From Bdellovibrionota bacterium (GTDB lineage Bacteria; Bdellovibrionota; UBA1018; CAIPTA01; JAALKR01), in NCBI GenBank assembly GCA_965207455.1, contig CBDBMJ010000001.1, positions 352,001 through 416,000 of the forward strand: DNA of 64,000 nucleotides, read 5' to 3'. This document shows, piece by piece, positions 49,237 to 59,574 of this stretch. A program made the translations under genes and the position numbers. Each line of letters starts with the position of its first letter. Position 1 is the first letter of the stretch. The notes below the pieces were generated by a model. It saw nothing but the letters and a program-made list of their open reading frames with translations. It was not told the DNA's origin and did no database searches.

Positions 49237-49863
49237 ATGAAAAAACAAAACATAACAACAGCAACACTAGCAATGACCCTTGCCATTGGATTAACAGGAT
49301 ATACTATACCAACGTATGGGGACACGAGTTCACCCGCTAATGATACAGGTCCAGTAGTGAACCTTGACTACAGCAAAATGAAAAAGGCTTTCGAGGAGGC
49401 AGAACCAGCAAAGGCTAGTGATATTGTTGGTTGGATGAGTGGATGGTGCTTTGATAAAGAGCGTGAAGGTAGCGAAAATTACGTTGAAGCCTCAGTCCTC
49501 ACTGGCTTTTTAGATTTAGATAGGGATGGGAAGCACACATTTAGGACTTTTCTTGACGCAGAAAGCGAGGGAGCAACGTATTATGATACTGCTCGTTTCG
49601 ATGTGGAAAAGGCTCAGGCTGTTTTGGAAGAGGCTCAGGCTATTGTAAAGCGGTTTTCGATGCCATCACATGAAGCTAATGGAAGCCTTAGAATCGTTCG
49701 TCCTTTTGACGGCGAGACTAATGTAAGAATGGGAACAGTAGGGTCAGGAGCAGATACATACCTTTTGGCTAAACATGAAACAGGTTTCCCATTGGTTGAG
49801 GGTTTTTTGGGGTTTAAGATGAAAGAGAGATACTGCTATTACTTTATGAAAAAAGGATTCTAA
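49237..49863 (+). CDS. Hypothetical secreted protein
   Basis: Sec signal MKKQNITTATLAMTLAIGLTG; two Cys in the mature part (WCF, YCY). Confidence 0.7.
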   Translation: MKKQNITTATLAMTLAIGLTGYTIPTYGDTSSPANDTGPVVNLDYSKMKKAFEEAEPAKASDIVGWMSGWCFDKEREGSENYVEASVLTGFLDLDRDGKHTFRTFLDAESEGATYYDTARFDVEKAQAVLEEAQAIVKRFSMPSHEANGSLRIVRPFDGETNVRMGTVGSGADTYLLAKHETGFPLVEGFLGFKMKERYCYYFMKKGF

Positions 49864-50067
49864 CAGCAAAGAACAGATTTGATGCGTCATGCCTTTTGCT
49901 GAATTGAAAGCATTTTAAAGCGTCCCTATTTCTGTGTGACCGGAACGTGATCGACTCCTTTTGATATTTAGTGGTTGGGATTTTTTTCCTTATTGCTGTT
50001 AGTACTTGGTTAGTGAAAGAATATGCTCAATATGCTAAAGAAATAGGGAAAAGAGGTTTTATAAATT

Positions 50068-51507
50068 ATGAGTGAAATTAATAAGCAGACAATACTGGAG
50101 GCCCTGCAGGGAGTCCGTGATCCAAAGACACAGAAAGATATTGTAACGTTAGGTTGGGTGGGTAACGTGGATACCCGCTTTGGAAATGTTTCCATTACGT
50201 TGCACGCTCCAAAGGAGAGCAATCAGGAAGATTTGCGGAGTGTTGTGGTGGGTGTGGTAAAGCAGATTCCTGGTGTACAGGCAGTGCTACCGAGTTTTAG
50301 CAAGAAGCCGCCACCTAGGGCAAGTCGTTTGTCGTCCACAGGAGACCTTTCTCGTATTCAGAATATTATTGCCATTGGTTCGGGCAAGGGTGGGGTGGGA
50401 AAGTCCACCAGTGCGGTGAACATCGCCTTAGGAGTGGCTCAAAAGGGCTATAAGGTGGGTTTGTTGGATGCGGATATCTATGGTCCCTCTGTTCCCACCA
50501 TGTTAGCTAAGGGGTTGGAATCCACTGCTGGAGTGAAAACTCAAGGGGAGAAGCTCATTCCATTTGAAATGTATGGAATCAAGGTTATTTCGTTAGCGAT
50601 GTTAATAGATAAAAATCAGCCCACGGTATGGCGAGCGCCCATTGCTACGAAGATGATTCACCAGTTTTTAAATGGGGTTGTTTGGGGCGATTTAGATTTT
50701 TTATTTATTGATTTGCCGCCGGGGACGGGAGACATTCAGTTGACCTTAGCTCAGCAGGCAAACATTACAGGAGCCATTGTGGTGACCACGCCACAGCGGG
50801 TGGCTTTAAATATTGCGGAGAAGGGTCTCTTGATGTTTCAGCACCTGCATGTGCCTATTTTGGGAATTTTAGAGAATATGAGTGGTTTTGCTTGTGGATC
50901 TTGTGGGAGTGTTACGCCTATTTTTGGAGAAAAGGGTGCGCGTGAGTTATCCATGAAAAATTCTGTGCCTGTTTTGGGAGAGATTCCCTTGGACGTGGAG
51001 CTAATGCGCAGTGGAGATTTGGGCAAGCCCATTATTTTAAGCGACCCTCAGGCTCCTTCTGCCCAAGCCTATATGACCACGGTCGAGGCTCTTTTAAAGG
51101 CGTTGAGCACTTCGGAAGAGGATAAAACCTTGGCTCCCTTAGCTGTGGAGAGTATACCCAACGACCCTGAAAATAATCAGAAACATAGTATTGCTATTTA
51201 TTGGACCGACGGAATGAAGTACGTCTACGATTGTTTGGATCTTCGTTTGGGTTGCCCTTGTGCTGGTTGTGTGGATGAGTTGACGAAGGAAAGAAAGATT
51301 CAAGCAAAGGATATTAACTCTGATATTTATATTGAAAAAGCGCTTCCCGTGGGTCGTTATGGTTTAAACATAATATGGACGGACGGTCACTCCACGGGTA
51401 TTTATACCTATACGAGTTTGAGAGATTTAAACTGTCGAAAGGTCAAGGAAAGTCCCCATGTACCCAAAGCACACGAGCAGGATGCGGGTGAACATGCGCG
51501 AGTATAG
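50068..51507 (+). CDS. mrp: Mrp/NBP35 Fe-S carrier ATPase with N-terminal DUF59-like and C-terminal DUF971-like domains
   Basis: GKGGVGKST, DADIYGPS, DLPPGTGD, ENMS, CGSC; tail LRLGCPCAGC...VGRYG..I.W.DGH.TGIY. Confidence 0.9.
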   Translation: MSEINKQTILEALQGVRDPKTQKDIVTLGWVGNVDTRFGNVSITLHAPKESNQEDLRSVVVGVVKQIPGVQAVLPSFSKKPPPRASRLSSTGDLSRIQNIIAIGSGKGGVGKSTSAVNIALGVAQKGYKVGLLDADIYGPSVPTMLAKGLESTAGVKTQGEKLIPFEMYGIKVISLAMLIDKNQPTVWRAPIATKMIHQFLNGVVWGDLDFLFIDLPPGTGDIQLTLAQQANITGAIVVTTPQRVALNIAEKGLLMFQHLHVPILGILENMSGFACGSCGSVTPIFGEKGARELSMKNSVPVLGEIPLDVELMRSGDLGKPIILSDPQAPSAQAYMTTVEALLKALSTSEEDKTLAPLAVESIPNDPENNQKHSIAIYWTDGMKYVYDCLDLRLGCPCAGCVDELTKERKIQAKDINSDIYIEKALPVGRYGLNIIWTDGHSTGIYTYTSLRDLNCRKVKESPHVPKAHEQDAGEHARV

Positions 51508-52987
51508 CGAAGAAGAAAAAGATCGACGAAAAAAACTTCTTGACCTTAGAAAGGCAGGGGTTAATCCCTACTCCAATGGACTCACTCCCTCCCATGCCAT
51601 AAAAGATGTGGTTGGTCGTTGGGGTTTAAGTTCTGGAGATGAGTTAGGGGAAGATAGGGTTTCCATTGCAGGTAGAATTATGGCTTTTCGTTATTTCGGA
51701 AAGGCTTCTTTTATTGAGGTTAAAGATGGTTCGGGTAGTTTGCAGGCGTATGTGACTGGAGACAATATTCCTAAGGAGAGTTTTGAGCATTTTAAAACTT
51801 TCGACGTGGGAGATTTTGTTTTTCTTGAAGGGGAGTTATTTCGAACCAAAAAAAATGTTCTTTCTGTGCGAGCCAGAGAGTTGACTCTTTTAACAAAAAG
51901 TCTTCGTCCATTGCCAGAAAAGTTCCATGGTCTGGTGAATATGGATCAGAAATACCGGATGCGCTATGTGGATTTATTGGTGAACAAGGGTGTGCGTGAG
52001 GTATTTGAAAAGCGCTCGAAGATTTTACACTACCTACGAACGTTTTTCCAAGAACGGGATTTTCTTGAGGTGGAAACCCCCATGATGCATCCCATAGCAG
52101 GGGGAGCAGCAGCTCGACCTTTTCAAACACACCACAATACATTGGGCATGGATTTGTTTCTTCGAATTGCCCCGGAACTATATTTAAAGCGTTTAGTGGT
52201 TGGGGGTATAGAAAGGGTTTTTGAAATCAATAGGAATTTTCGTAATGAGGGAATGTCCATTCAGCACAATCCGGAGTTTACAATGTTGGAGTTTTACCAA
52301 GCCTACGCCACTTACGAGGATTTAATGGTGATCACGGAAAAACTTTTTATAGAGCTTGCTTTTGCTGTACGAGGGAGTTTGAAATTTATGTACCAGGATA
52401 CGGAGTTGGATTTTTCCACGCCTTGGCAGAAGTTTTCCATGCTGGAATCTGTGCAAAAGTTTAGTGGGCTTCCCAAGGAACTGGTGACGAAAAAAGCACT
52501 CAGTACAGTGGGGGGGCTTTGTAAGGCACTGGAGCATGCAGGAGTAAAGGGAGTGGATAGGAATAAAAAAGCTGGTGTGTTGTTGGAATTATTATTTGGA
52601 GAATGTGTGGAGGGTAAATTAATCCAACCCACGTTTATTACAGAGTATCCCAAAGAGATTAGTTTTCTTTCTCGTTCTAACGAGAAGAATCCAGATATAG
52701 TCGATAGGTTTGAGTTATTTATTTATGGAAGAGAAATTGCCAATGGTTTTAGTGAATTAAACGATCCCATTGACCAACGGGAGCGCCTAGAGGCACAGGC
52801 TAAGGAAAAGGCTCAGGGAAATAAGGAGGCCTGCGATTTGGATGAAGATTTTCTTCGAGCTTTAGAGTATGGCATGCCCCCAACTGCAGGAGAGGGAATA
52901 GGCATTGATCGCTTAACAATGCTCCTTACTGATCAGTCGTCTATTCGTGACGTGATTCTTTTTCCCCAAATGCGTCCTGAATCGTAG
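51494..52987 (+). CDS. lysS: Lysyl-tRNA synthetase, class II
   Basis: PLPEKFHG, LEVETP, GGAAARPF, LRIAPELYLK, HNPEFTMLE, YGMPPTAGEGIGIDRL; exact start uncertain. Confidence 0.97.
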   Translation: MREYSEEEKDRRKKLLDLRKAGVNPYSNGLTPSHAIKDVVGRWGLSSGDELGEDRVSIAGRIMAFRYFGKASFIEVKDGSGSLQAYVTGDNIPKESFEHFKTFDVGDFVFLEGELFRTKKNVLSVRARELTLLTKSLRPLPEKFHGLVNMDQKYRMRYVDLLVNKGVREVFEKRSKILHYLRTFFQERDFLEVETPMMHPIAGGAAARPFQTHHNTLGMDLFLRIAPELYLKRLVVGGIERVFEINRNFRNEGMSIQHNPEFTMLEFYQAYATYEDLMVITEKLFIELAFAVRGSLKFMYQDTELDFSTPWQKFSMLESVQKFSGLPKELVTKKALSTVGGLCKALEHAGVKGVDRNKKAGVLLELLFGECVEGKLIQPTFITEYPKEISFLSRSNEKNPDIVDRFELFIYGREIANGFSELNDPIDQRERLEAQAKEKAQGNKEACDLDEDFLRALEYGMPPTAGEGIGIDRLTMLLTDQSSIRDVILFPQMRPES

Positions 52988-52988
52988 A

Positions 52989-54245
52989 ATGGGATTTATT
53001 AGTCTATTGGCTTGTCGTTTTTTGACGGGGGGAAAGGGGTTTCTTTCCTTTATTTCCGCTTTTTCTTTATTTGGTGTGGCCCTAGGGGTAGCTGCAATGG
53101 TGGTTGTGATGGCTGTCCTCGACGGCTTTCAAGAAAAGCTCCATGAATTAATCACCAGCAACCATTCCCATATCCTACTCTATTCCTTGACGAAGAATAT
53201 TCAGGACAGCAAAGCCATAGAAAAAAAATTAAAAGATCTATTTCCAGAGGAGATAGAGGCCAGCAGTTCTTTTATATTTAGTGAGGTGATGCTTATCCAT
53301 AAGGGACGGGTCTTGGGTTCTCTTTTAGAGGGAATTGATCGGGAGAGTTCCGTGCGCACAACTGATATTTTAAAAAAAATAAACAACAAGAAGCAGGGAG
53401 GACTCTTTAGATCGCAGACAAGCCAATCGACTACACAGTCAACCGGTAACTCCAAACTTCCCCCTATTGTACTTGGATCCGTACTTTTGGAACAACTGGG
53501 AGCCTCTCCCGGCGACACCATATCCGTCATGGCACCTTTTTTAAAAAAATGGGGAATTGTGCCCCGGTCTCAGCGTTTTTATGTTGCGGGTGTATTGTCC
53601 ACGGGCATGTATGAATACGATTCTAAATACAGTTTAATGGAGAAAAAAAATAGTATAGAATTTTTAGGCCTTCCCCCCAACAGTGCCAGTGCTTTGCGAA
53701 TTAAAACCAAAGACCCTAAGACTTCCCATGAGTTGAGTAAGAAAATTAAACAAGTCATGGGATATTCCTATAGCGTTCGGGATTGGACACAACTCAATCA
53801 AAATCTTTTGTATGCTATTAAGCTTCAAAAAATAATTATTTTTATTGTTTTAGTTTCTATTATTCTAGTGGCTGCTTTTAATATTATGAGTACATTGGTG
53901 ATTATGACCGATGAGAAAAAACGAGAGATGGCTATTTTAAGTGCCATTGGTCTTTTACCCCGGCACGCGACCTATATTTTTATGATTATCGGAGGAATTA
54001 TTGCTCTATCGGGTTCTGCGGCAGGGGTGGCCCTTGGTTTAGGAATTGCACAATTTTTAGCAAAGACGAGTTTTATTACATTGCCGCCAGACATATACTT
54101 TATCTCCTATTTGCCTGTAAACATCCATCCTGCTACAGTGGGACTAGTAGTGGGTATTGCCATAGTTACAGCATTGCTGGCAACTATTTACCCATCTATA
54201 CGAGTAGCAAGAAAGTCTCCTATTGAGGTTTTACGATATGAATGA
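52989..54245 (+). CDS. lolC: Lipoprotein-releasing ABC permease LolC/E
   Basis: GVALGVAAMVVVMAV..GF, VAAFNI.STL, KKRE.AIL, P.EVLRYE. Confidence 0.9.
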   Translation: MGFISLLACRFLTGGKGFLSFISAFSLFGVALGVAAMVVVMAVLDGFQEKLHELITSNHSHILLYSLTKNIQDSKAIEKKLKDLFPEEIEASSSFIFSEVMLIHKGRVLGSLLEGIDRESSVRTTDILKKINNKKQGGLFRSQTSQSTTQSTGNSKLPPIVLGSVLLEQLGASPGDTISVMAPFLKKWGIVPRSQRFYVAGVLSTGMYEYDSKYSLMEKKNSIEFLGLPPNSASALRIKTKDPKTSHELSKKIKQVMGYSYSVRDWTQLNQNLLYAIKLQKIIIFIVLVSIILVAAFNIMSTLVIMTDEKKREMAILSAIGLLPRHATYIFMIIGGIIALSGSAAGVALGLGIAQFLAKTSFITLPPDIYFISYLPVNIHPATVGLVVGIAIVTALLATIYPSIRVARKSPIEVLRYE

Positions 54246-54921
54246 ACAGCATGTGGTTTTACAGTGTAAGCAATTGATGAAGAACTTTTTTAAAGAGGAT
54301 CAATGCACAGAGGTGCTTCGGGGAATTGATCTTTCTTTACTTCGAGGGGAAAGTACCGCAATACAGGGAGTATCGGGGGTGGGTAAGTCCACCTTGCTCC
54401 ATATTTTTGGTACGTTGGAAAAACCAAGTTCGGGAAAACTTTTATTTGAGGGTCAAGACACCGAGACGTTTTCTAGCGCCCAACTGGCAGAATTTCGGAA
54501 TAAAAATCTGGGTTTTATTTTTCAATTTCATTACCTTATGCAGGAGTTTAGTGCTTTAGAAAATATTATTATGCCAGCGTTGATTGCTGGTGAGCCCAAG
54601 GAAAAATATATGGATAGGGCTCAACGTCTTCTTAGGGATGTGGATCTGTGGAATCGTCGTAGTCACAGGCCGGGAGAGCTATCAGGTGGAGAGCAGCAAC
54701 GAATAGCTGTGGCAAGAGCCCTTATACAAAATCCCAAGCTTGTGTTAGGAGATGAGCCCACGGGGAATTTAGATTCGGAAAATGCTCAGCGGGTAACGAA
54801 GCTTCTCCTAGAACTTTGCAACTCAAGGGGTTCCACTCTTGTGGTTGTGACCCATGATGAAAGTCTAGCCAAGAAGTTTTCCCGTCAGATTCTTATGCGT
54901 GACGGTCGGGTGGTTACATAA
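54238..54921 (+). CDS. lolD: Lipoprotein-releasing ABC ATPase LolD
   Basis: GVSGVGKST, GFIFQFHYL, LSGGEQQR, DEPTGNLD. Confidence 0.93.
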   Translation: MNEQHVVLQCKQLMKNFFKEDQCTEVLRGIDLSLLRGESTAIQGVSGVGKSTLLHIFGTLEKPSSGKLLFEGQDTETFSSAQLAEFRNKNLGFIFQFHYLMQEFSALENIIMPALIAGEPKEKYMDRAQRLLRDVDLWNRRSHRPGELSGGEQQRIAVARALIQNPKLVLGDEPTGNLDSENAQRVTKLLLELCNSRGSTLVVVTHDESLAKKFSRQILMRDGRVVT

Positions 54922-54940
54922 TTATTTACTACGGAGTGTT

Positions 54941-55702
54941 CTAACGACTCTCTTTAGTCTTAGTTGAGTCAGTTGATTTAGTTGAGGTTGTTGCATTTAA
55001 CTTTGGAGTTATTTTCACTCTGTCACCTTGAACGTCGGGAGAGGAGGGGTTTGCCACGGAAGGGTCGCAGGGAAATAGTGTTTGCATAATTTTTTCAGGA
55101 TGGTAAGGTCCATTAAAATTTTCATCTACTTCGTCTCCTCCTAACTCACAGTGGACTAAACTAAGAATTTCTGCTGATAGTCTTTTGCTATAGTTAAAAC
55201 TAGCGAAACTTTCACCATCGTCGGCGCTCTTTATTCTATCTAAAATGCTCGAGTCTTTTAGATTTTTTGAGCCTTCCAGAAGTTTTAAAACATCCTCTTT
55301 TTTCAAAAAGTTAGCACTGCTCATAGTCATCACATTCCATTGGGTAGAGATTTTGCCTGCAGAAACCACAGTCATCGTACTTCCACTAGCGTAGTTTTTG
55401 GCAATAACCTCAACATTATCCGTGCCTTCTGGAAATACGAGCTTTATTTCTAACGCAACGTCTTCTTCTGGGCAGGGATCCTGCCTTCCCATGCTTGTGT
55501 CTTCTTTGGCTGTTTTCTCGCCTGTGAGCTGGTGTATGATTTCGTTGATCTGAAAGAGCATATTACTTGTAAACTTGTCGCATTTGCTTAGTTTTGGAGG
55601 TTCTGCCTGATCGGAAGATTCTGGATGACCTTTACTGTAGGCAGTCAATGGCAGAAAAATGATAGTACTCAAAAGGGTGAGCGCTTTGATATATCTTCTC
55701 AT
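54941..55702 (-). CDS. Hypothetical secreted protein
   Basis: Signal peptide MRRYIKALTLLSTIIFLPLTAYS; four Cys; opposite strand between lolD and bamA. Confidence 0.7.
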   Translation of the reverse strand: MRRYIKALTLLSTIIFLPLTAYSKGHPESSDQAEPPKLSKCDKFTSNMLFQINEIIHQLTGEKTAKEDTSMGRQDPCPEEDVALEIKLVFPEGTDNVEVIAKNYASGSTMTVVSAGKISTQWNVMTMSSANFLKKEDVLKLLEGSKNLKDSSILDRIKSADDGESFASFNYSKRLSAEILSLVHCELGGDEVDENFNGPYHPEKIMQTLFPCDPSVANPSSPDVQGDRVKITPKLNATTSTKSTDSTKTKESR

Positions 55703-55889
55703 GTCTAACTTATATTATAGGGCAAGCAGTATGTATTTCCTAGAGGTTCCGCAGATAGGCGCTATGCAGTGTTTCCGTATTTTTTCTTGAGCTGGATAAT
55801 TATCACCCCATAAACACGCAAATAGTTGAGTAGAGCACCATATTTAGAGTATAGTGCGTGCATAGGTTGGGATTGGTCGTTTTTTAAAT

Positions 55890-58184
55890 ATGATGAAGAA
55901 AAATCAACACGACAGATGGAAATACAGTGTACTTTATGTTTCCCTATGCCTTTGCTTTATGGTTATGGCAAGTTTCGCTCAGGGAGCGGAACGGGTAAAG
56001 AGAATTGAGATTCGTGGAAATCGTAAAATTGAAAAGCAAGCTATTCTCCAGAAAATTAAAAGTGCTAGGGGTAAGCGCCTTTCCAGACGAACAGTGGAAG
56101 GAGATATTCGCCGACTCCATAAACTAGGCTTTTTTCATTCCATAAGAGTGGATTTTAAAAAAGGGAGATTGGTATATTTCGTCCGTGAACGTCCTTCCAT
56201 TAAAAGCATTTCCTTTAATGGAAACGAAGAAATCAATACAGAGGATTTACGGGAACTACTCAACATAGCCACGTATGGTATTTATGATGAAAATCTTGTG
56301 CGCGAGTCTGTGAAAAAAATAAAGGATTATTATGAAGATAAAGGTTTCTATCTAGCAAAAATAACTCACCGGACAAAGTATAATAAAAAAAATGATACCG
56401 TCAATCTTATTTTTACGGTCAAAGAAAATCATAAGGTAAAAGTTAAAAAGATAACTTTTCTGGGAAACAAAGCATTTACGGATGTACAGTTAAAGAGAGT
56501 ATTGCGAAATACAGGGGAAGAATCTTTTTTCTCTTGGCTCACGGGTAGTGGAAGTTTCAAGGGCACAGGTTTTCGCCAAGACATGGAGTTGCTGCAAATT
56601 TGGTATTTAAATGAGGGCTATGTACGCTTTAGCTACGACCCTCCCATTATAACGGTGAGTGAAGATAAAAAATGGGTCTACATAACAGTTAAACTTACAG
56701 AAGGTAAGCAATATAGGGTAGGTGAGGTTGATTTTTCAGGAGATCTTCTCTTTCCTGAGAAAGAGATGAGTTCCATGATTAGTATGAATGCGGGCACAGT
56801 TTTTTCCATCATTAAACGTAACCAAGATGCCTTAGCAATAACAGAAAAATACCAGGATTTGGGTTATGCCAACACCAACGTTATTCCTCGTATGGAAGTG
56901 GACGATGAAACTCTTACCATAAATATTATCTATGAGTTCCAAAAGGGCAGCCTCGTGTACTTTGGGAGAATTTCAGTCAAGGGGAATGTGAAGACTTGGG
57001 ATGAGGTTATTAGGCGAGAGTTGAGAATTAAAGAGGGAGAACTCTATAGTGGTACAAAGGTGAGAGAGTCTAAGGAAAATATCATTCGATTAGGATTTTT
57101 TGTTCCAGAAAAGGTTCGAGTTGTTACGAACTCTCCCCATGGTCAACCGGACATAGTAGACGTGGAAGTGCATGTGGAGGAGCGTCCCACGGGGCAATTT
57201 CAATTAGGAGCTGGTTATGGTACAGCCTCTAAATTTTTCTTTACCACAGAAGTGGCAGAAACAAATTTTAGGGGCTTGGGTCAGGATCTTCGTCTAAAAG
57301 CACAACTTTCTTCAGACAAGCGTTCCCGAAGCTTCACCTTTGGATTAACGGACCCTTACGCCTTTGATACAAACTGGAGCGTTGGAGGTGATATATTCTA
57401 CACATCCTCTGTCTTTCCCAGTCGCTACATAAAAAAACGCATAGGAGTGAGCCTAAATGTGGGTTATCCTATTTTCGATTATACCCGACTGTTTTTAGGG
57501 CATCGATTGGAGAAGATATCCTTAGACGAGATAGAGGATTCTTTTGTGGAAAAGAATAAGGATAGGGAGGAGGGCTTGCTTTCTGCTCTTACGGCCACAG
57601 CAGTGCTGGATAAAAGAAATAATCGTTGGGAACCCAGCTCTGGGCATTACCTGAAAATTAAAAATGAGTTTGCTGGATTGGGTGGAAACCGACACTACTT
57701 GAAACTTGTTCTCGATGCTCGATACTATAAGAAAATTTTAGGAGATTTGGTGTTGAGAACGAAATTTGAAGTGGGCACTTTAATTGCCACAAAAGAAAAT
57801 GGAATACCATCCACAGAGCGCTTTTATCTGGGAGGTCCCAGTAGTTTAAAGGGATACGAGGCATTTACCATTGGTCCTAGTCGTACAGCAGAAGATGGAG
57901 CAACTTTCAACGAAGGTGCTTTGAATAAGATGTTCTATATTCTTGAGTTTGAATACCCACTGGTAAAGGATTTGGGCTTAAAACTACTTGCCTTCTACGA
58001 TGCTGGAGATGCCTATGGCAACGATAGCGGAACACATAGCTTTTCTTTGAAGCAAGACTATGGCTGGGGACTTCGCTGGTTTTCTCCACTAGGACCCCTA
58101 AGATTTGAATGGGGCTATCCCATTAACTCAAAATCAGGCAATAATGATCCTGTTTTTCATTTTATGATTGGACCACCATTCTAA
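55890..58184 (+). CDS. bamA: Outer membrane protein assembly factor BamA
   Basis: POTRA repeats, VEERPTGQF, ERFYLGG..SLKGY, GLRWFSPLGPLRFEWGYP. Confidence 0.96.
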   Translation: MMKKNQHDRWKYSVLYVSLCLCFMVMASFAQGAERVKRIEIRGNRKIEKQAILQKIKSARGKRLSRRTVEGDIRRLHKLGFFHSIRVDFKKGRLVYFVRERPSIKSISFNGNEEINTEDLRELLNIATYGIYDENLVRESVKKIKDYYEDKGFYLAKITHRTKYNKKNDTVNLIFTVKENHKVKVKKITFLGNKAFTDVQLKRVLRNTGEESFFSWLTGSGSFKGTGFRQDMELLQIWYLNEGYVRFSYDPPIITVSEDKKWVYITVKLTEGKQYRVGEVDFSGDLLFPEKEMSSMISMNAGTVFSIIKRNQDALAITEKYQDLGYANTNVIPRMEVDDETLTINIIYEFQKGSLVYFGRISVKGNVKTWDEVIRRELRIKEGELYSGTKVRESKENIIRLGFFVPEKVRVVTNSPHGQPDIVDVEVHVEERPTGQFQLGAGYGTASKFFFTTEVAETNFRGLGQDLRLKAQLSSDKRSRSFTFGLTDPYAFDTNWSVGGDIFYTSSVFPSRYIKKRIGVSLNVGYPIFDYTRLFLGHRLEKISLDEIEDSFVEKNKDREEGLLSALTATAVLDKRNNRWEPSSGHYLKIKNEFAGLGGNRHYLKLVLDARYYKKILGDLVLRTKFEVGTLIATKENGIPSTERFYLGGPSSLKGYEAFTIGPSRTAEDGATFNEGALNKMFYILEFEYPLVKDLGLKLLAFYDAGDAYGNDSGTHSFSLKQDYGWGLRWFSPLGPLRFEWGYPINSKSGNNDPVFHFMIGPPF

Positions 58185-58221
58185 ATTTATGTAATATTTA
58201 AGAATAAAAGGAAAAGAGAAG

Positions 58222-58297
58222 GGGCCCTTAGCTCAGCTGGTAGAGCGCCTGATTTGCATTCAGGAGGTCAGGAGTTCGACTCTCCTAGGGTCCACCA
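58222..58297 (+). tRNA. tRNA-Ala(TGC)
   Basis: 76-nt cloverleaf GGGCCCT...AGGGTCC-A-CCA with G3:U70 pair, anticodon loop TTTGCAT, GTTCGA T-loop. Confidence 0.98.
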
Positions 58298-58524
58298 TCG
58301 TAAGTAGCTGAAATTATTGAGTTTTATTTTTTTTATCTTCATTTTTACGGTGATTTCACTGCAATTAATTGGGCTTTTCAGCCTTGGCTTTAAAAAACTT
58401 ATGCCACCTCTAAGTCTAACTCTATTTTAGAATATTCAAGAATAGGTATTTTCACAGCAGATCAGGAGACCGCAGTGGACCAGGAAAATAAAATAGCGCC
58501 TGTGAGCTTTCTTCTTCTCTCATA

Positions 58525-58572
58525 TAAAACAATAGTGAGAACTAATCTTGTGTAGGTTTCACTATTGTTTTA
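58525..58572. terminator. Long AT-rich stem-loop downstream of the small Cys-rich gene
   Basis: TAAAACAATAGTGA...TCACTATTGTTTTA 14-bp inverted repeat. Confidence 0.55.
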
Positions 58573-58588
58573 GATCATTTATGTTTTA

Positions 58589-58882
58589 TTACTTTGATAG
58601 GCATGCTCTTTGTAATTGAGAGTAATAGTGAAGTGTTTCCCCTTCAAACGAAATACCACCAGGAACATAACAGCTTTCAGTAACGCTAGGATCAGAACCT
58701 ACTTGCTTACAATACCTACTCAATGCAGGAGTGTATGTGTATAGATCACACGTTATTTCACAATCGAAATCGCATTTGGGGAAGTTACACTCAGTATGGG
58801 TATAAGCCTCGGCAGTTGTTGATAAAAAGCCGGCAGCTAGACAAAGGACTAGAGCGGTGTATTGTTTTTTTATTTTTTTCAT
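58589..58882 (-). CDS. Small secreted cysteine-rich protein
   Basis: GGGAG RBS, signal peptide ending AEA, seven Cys in the 71-aa mature part. Confidence 0.75.
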   Translation of the reverse strand: MKKIKKQYTALVLCLAAGFLSTTAEAYTHTECNFPKCDFDCEITCDLYTYTPALSRYCKQVGSDPSVTESCYVPGGISFEGETLHYYSQLQRACLSK

Positions 58883-58983
58883 TTTTTGTTCTCCCTTTTT
58901 AATTTTATTTCTATATTAAGCGTTATTGCTTTTGATTTCCCTTTTAGAATAAAACAAACAAATCAACATATCAATAGTTTTAC

Positions 58984-59019
58984 CCTTACATAGCCTTACA
59001 TAGTTTTGTCCTTGCATAG
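58984..59019. repeat. Three 10-bp direct repeats CCTTRCATAG
   Basis: 58984 and 58994 exact; 59010 with one mismatch. Confidence 0.7.
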
Positions 59020-59504
59020 TTTTTTAATAATTTCATTAACGTGTTTTGTAATTTTATTTGACGCAAAAAACTTTCAAATCTCCAATTATTTAAGTTAGAA
59101 AAAAAAAATCATAACTTGTTAAAATTAAATAAACCTGCTCTTTGCGCAAAACAAAACCTAGCTATTGCTGCGCACTCCTTGCTGCAATTACTAATCACTC
59201 CACGTCAACCATGGGAGGAAGATCAATTGTTTTTCTTTGATGCATAAAAAAATACTGACATGCAAAAAATATTCAGTTACTAAACCCTTTATAAAAAAGA
59301 CGCGCAGTGTGTCCCATAAAAATCTTTTTATCTTTTCTTTAACATCTTTTCTTAATTTACGGATTCCAACATGGTTTTCATTTAGTCGGTAGATTCTTTT
59401 GTAAGAGGTGCTTATTTTTTCATTGAACAAATAACTGTTTAATCCAGATTACCTTTTAAATTAGTAAATAAATTCAAGAGTCCAAAAAAGTTTAAAAATA
59501 TATT

Positions 59505-59531
59505 TAAAGTTTTCCAAAAATTTGTCGTTAT
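59505..59531 (+). promoter_or_regulatory. Possible sigma28 promoter of the giant repeat lipoprotein
   Basis: TAAA-N15-GTCGTTAT; the -35 context TAAAGTT is the same as at the fliC promoter. Confidence 0.45.
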
Positions 59532-59574
59532 GTAATTTTTACGAATCTGAATTAAATTAGGGGGATTTTTAGTT

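Noticed and set aside
59191..59430. 79-aa minus-strand ORF
   Set aside because: TTG start, no RBS or motif, AT-rich intergenic sequence; cannot be supported.
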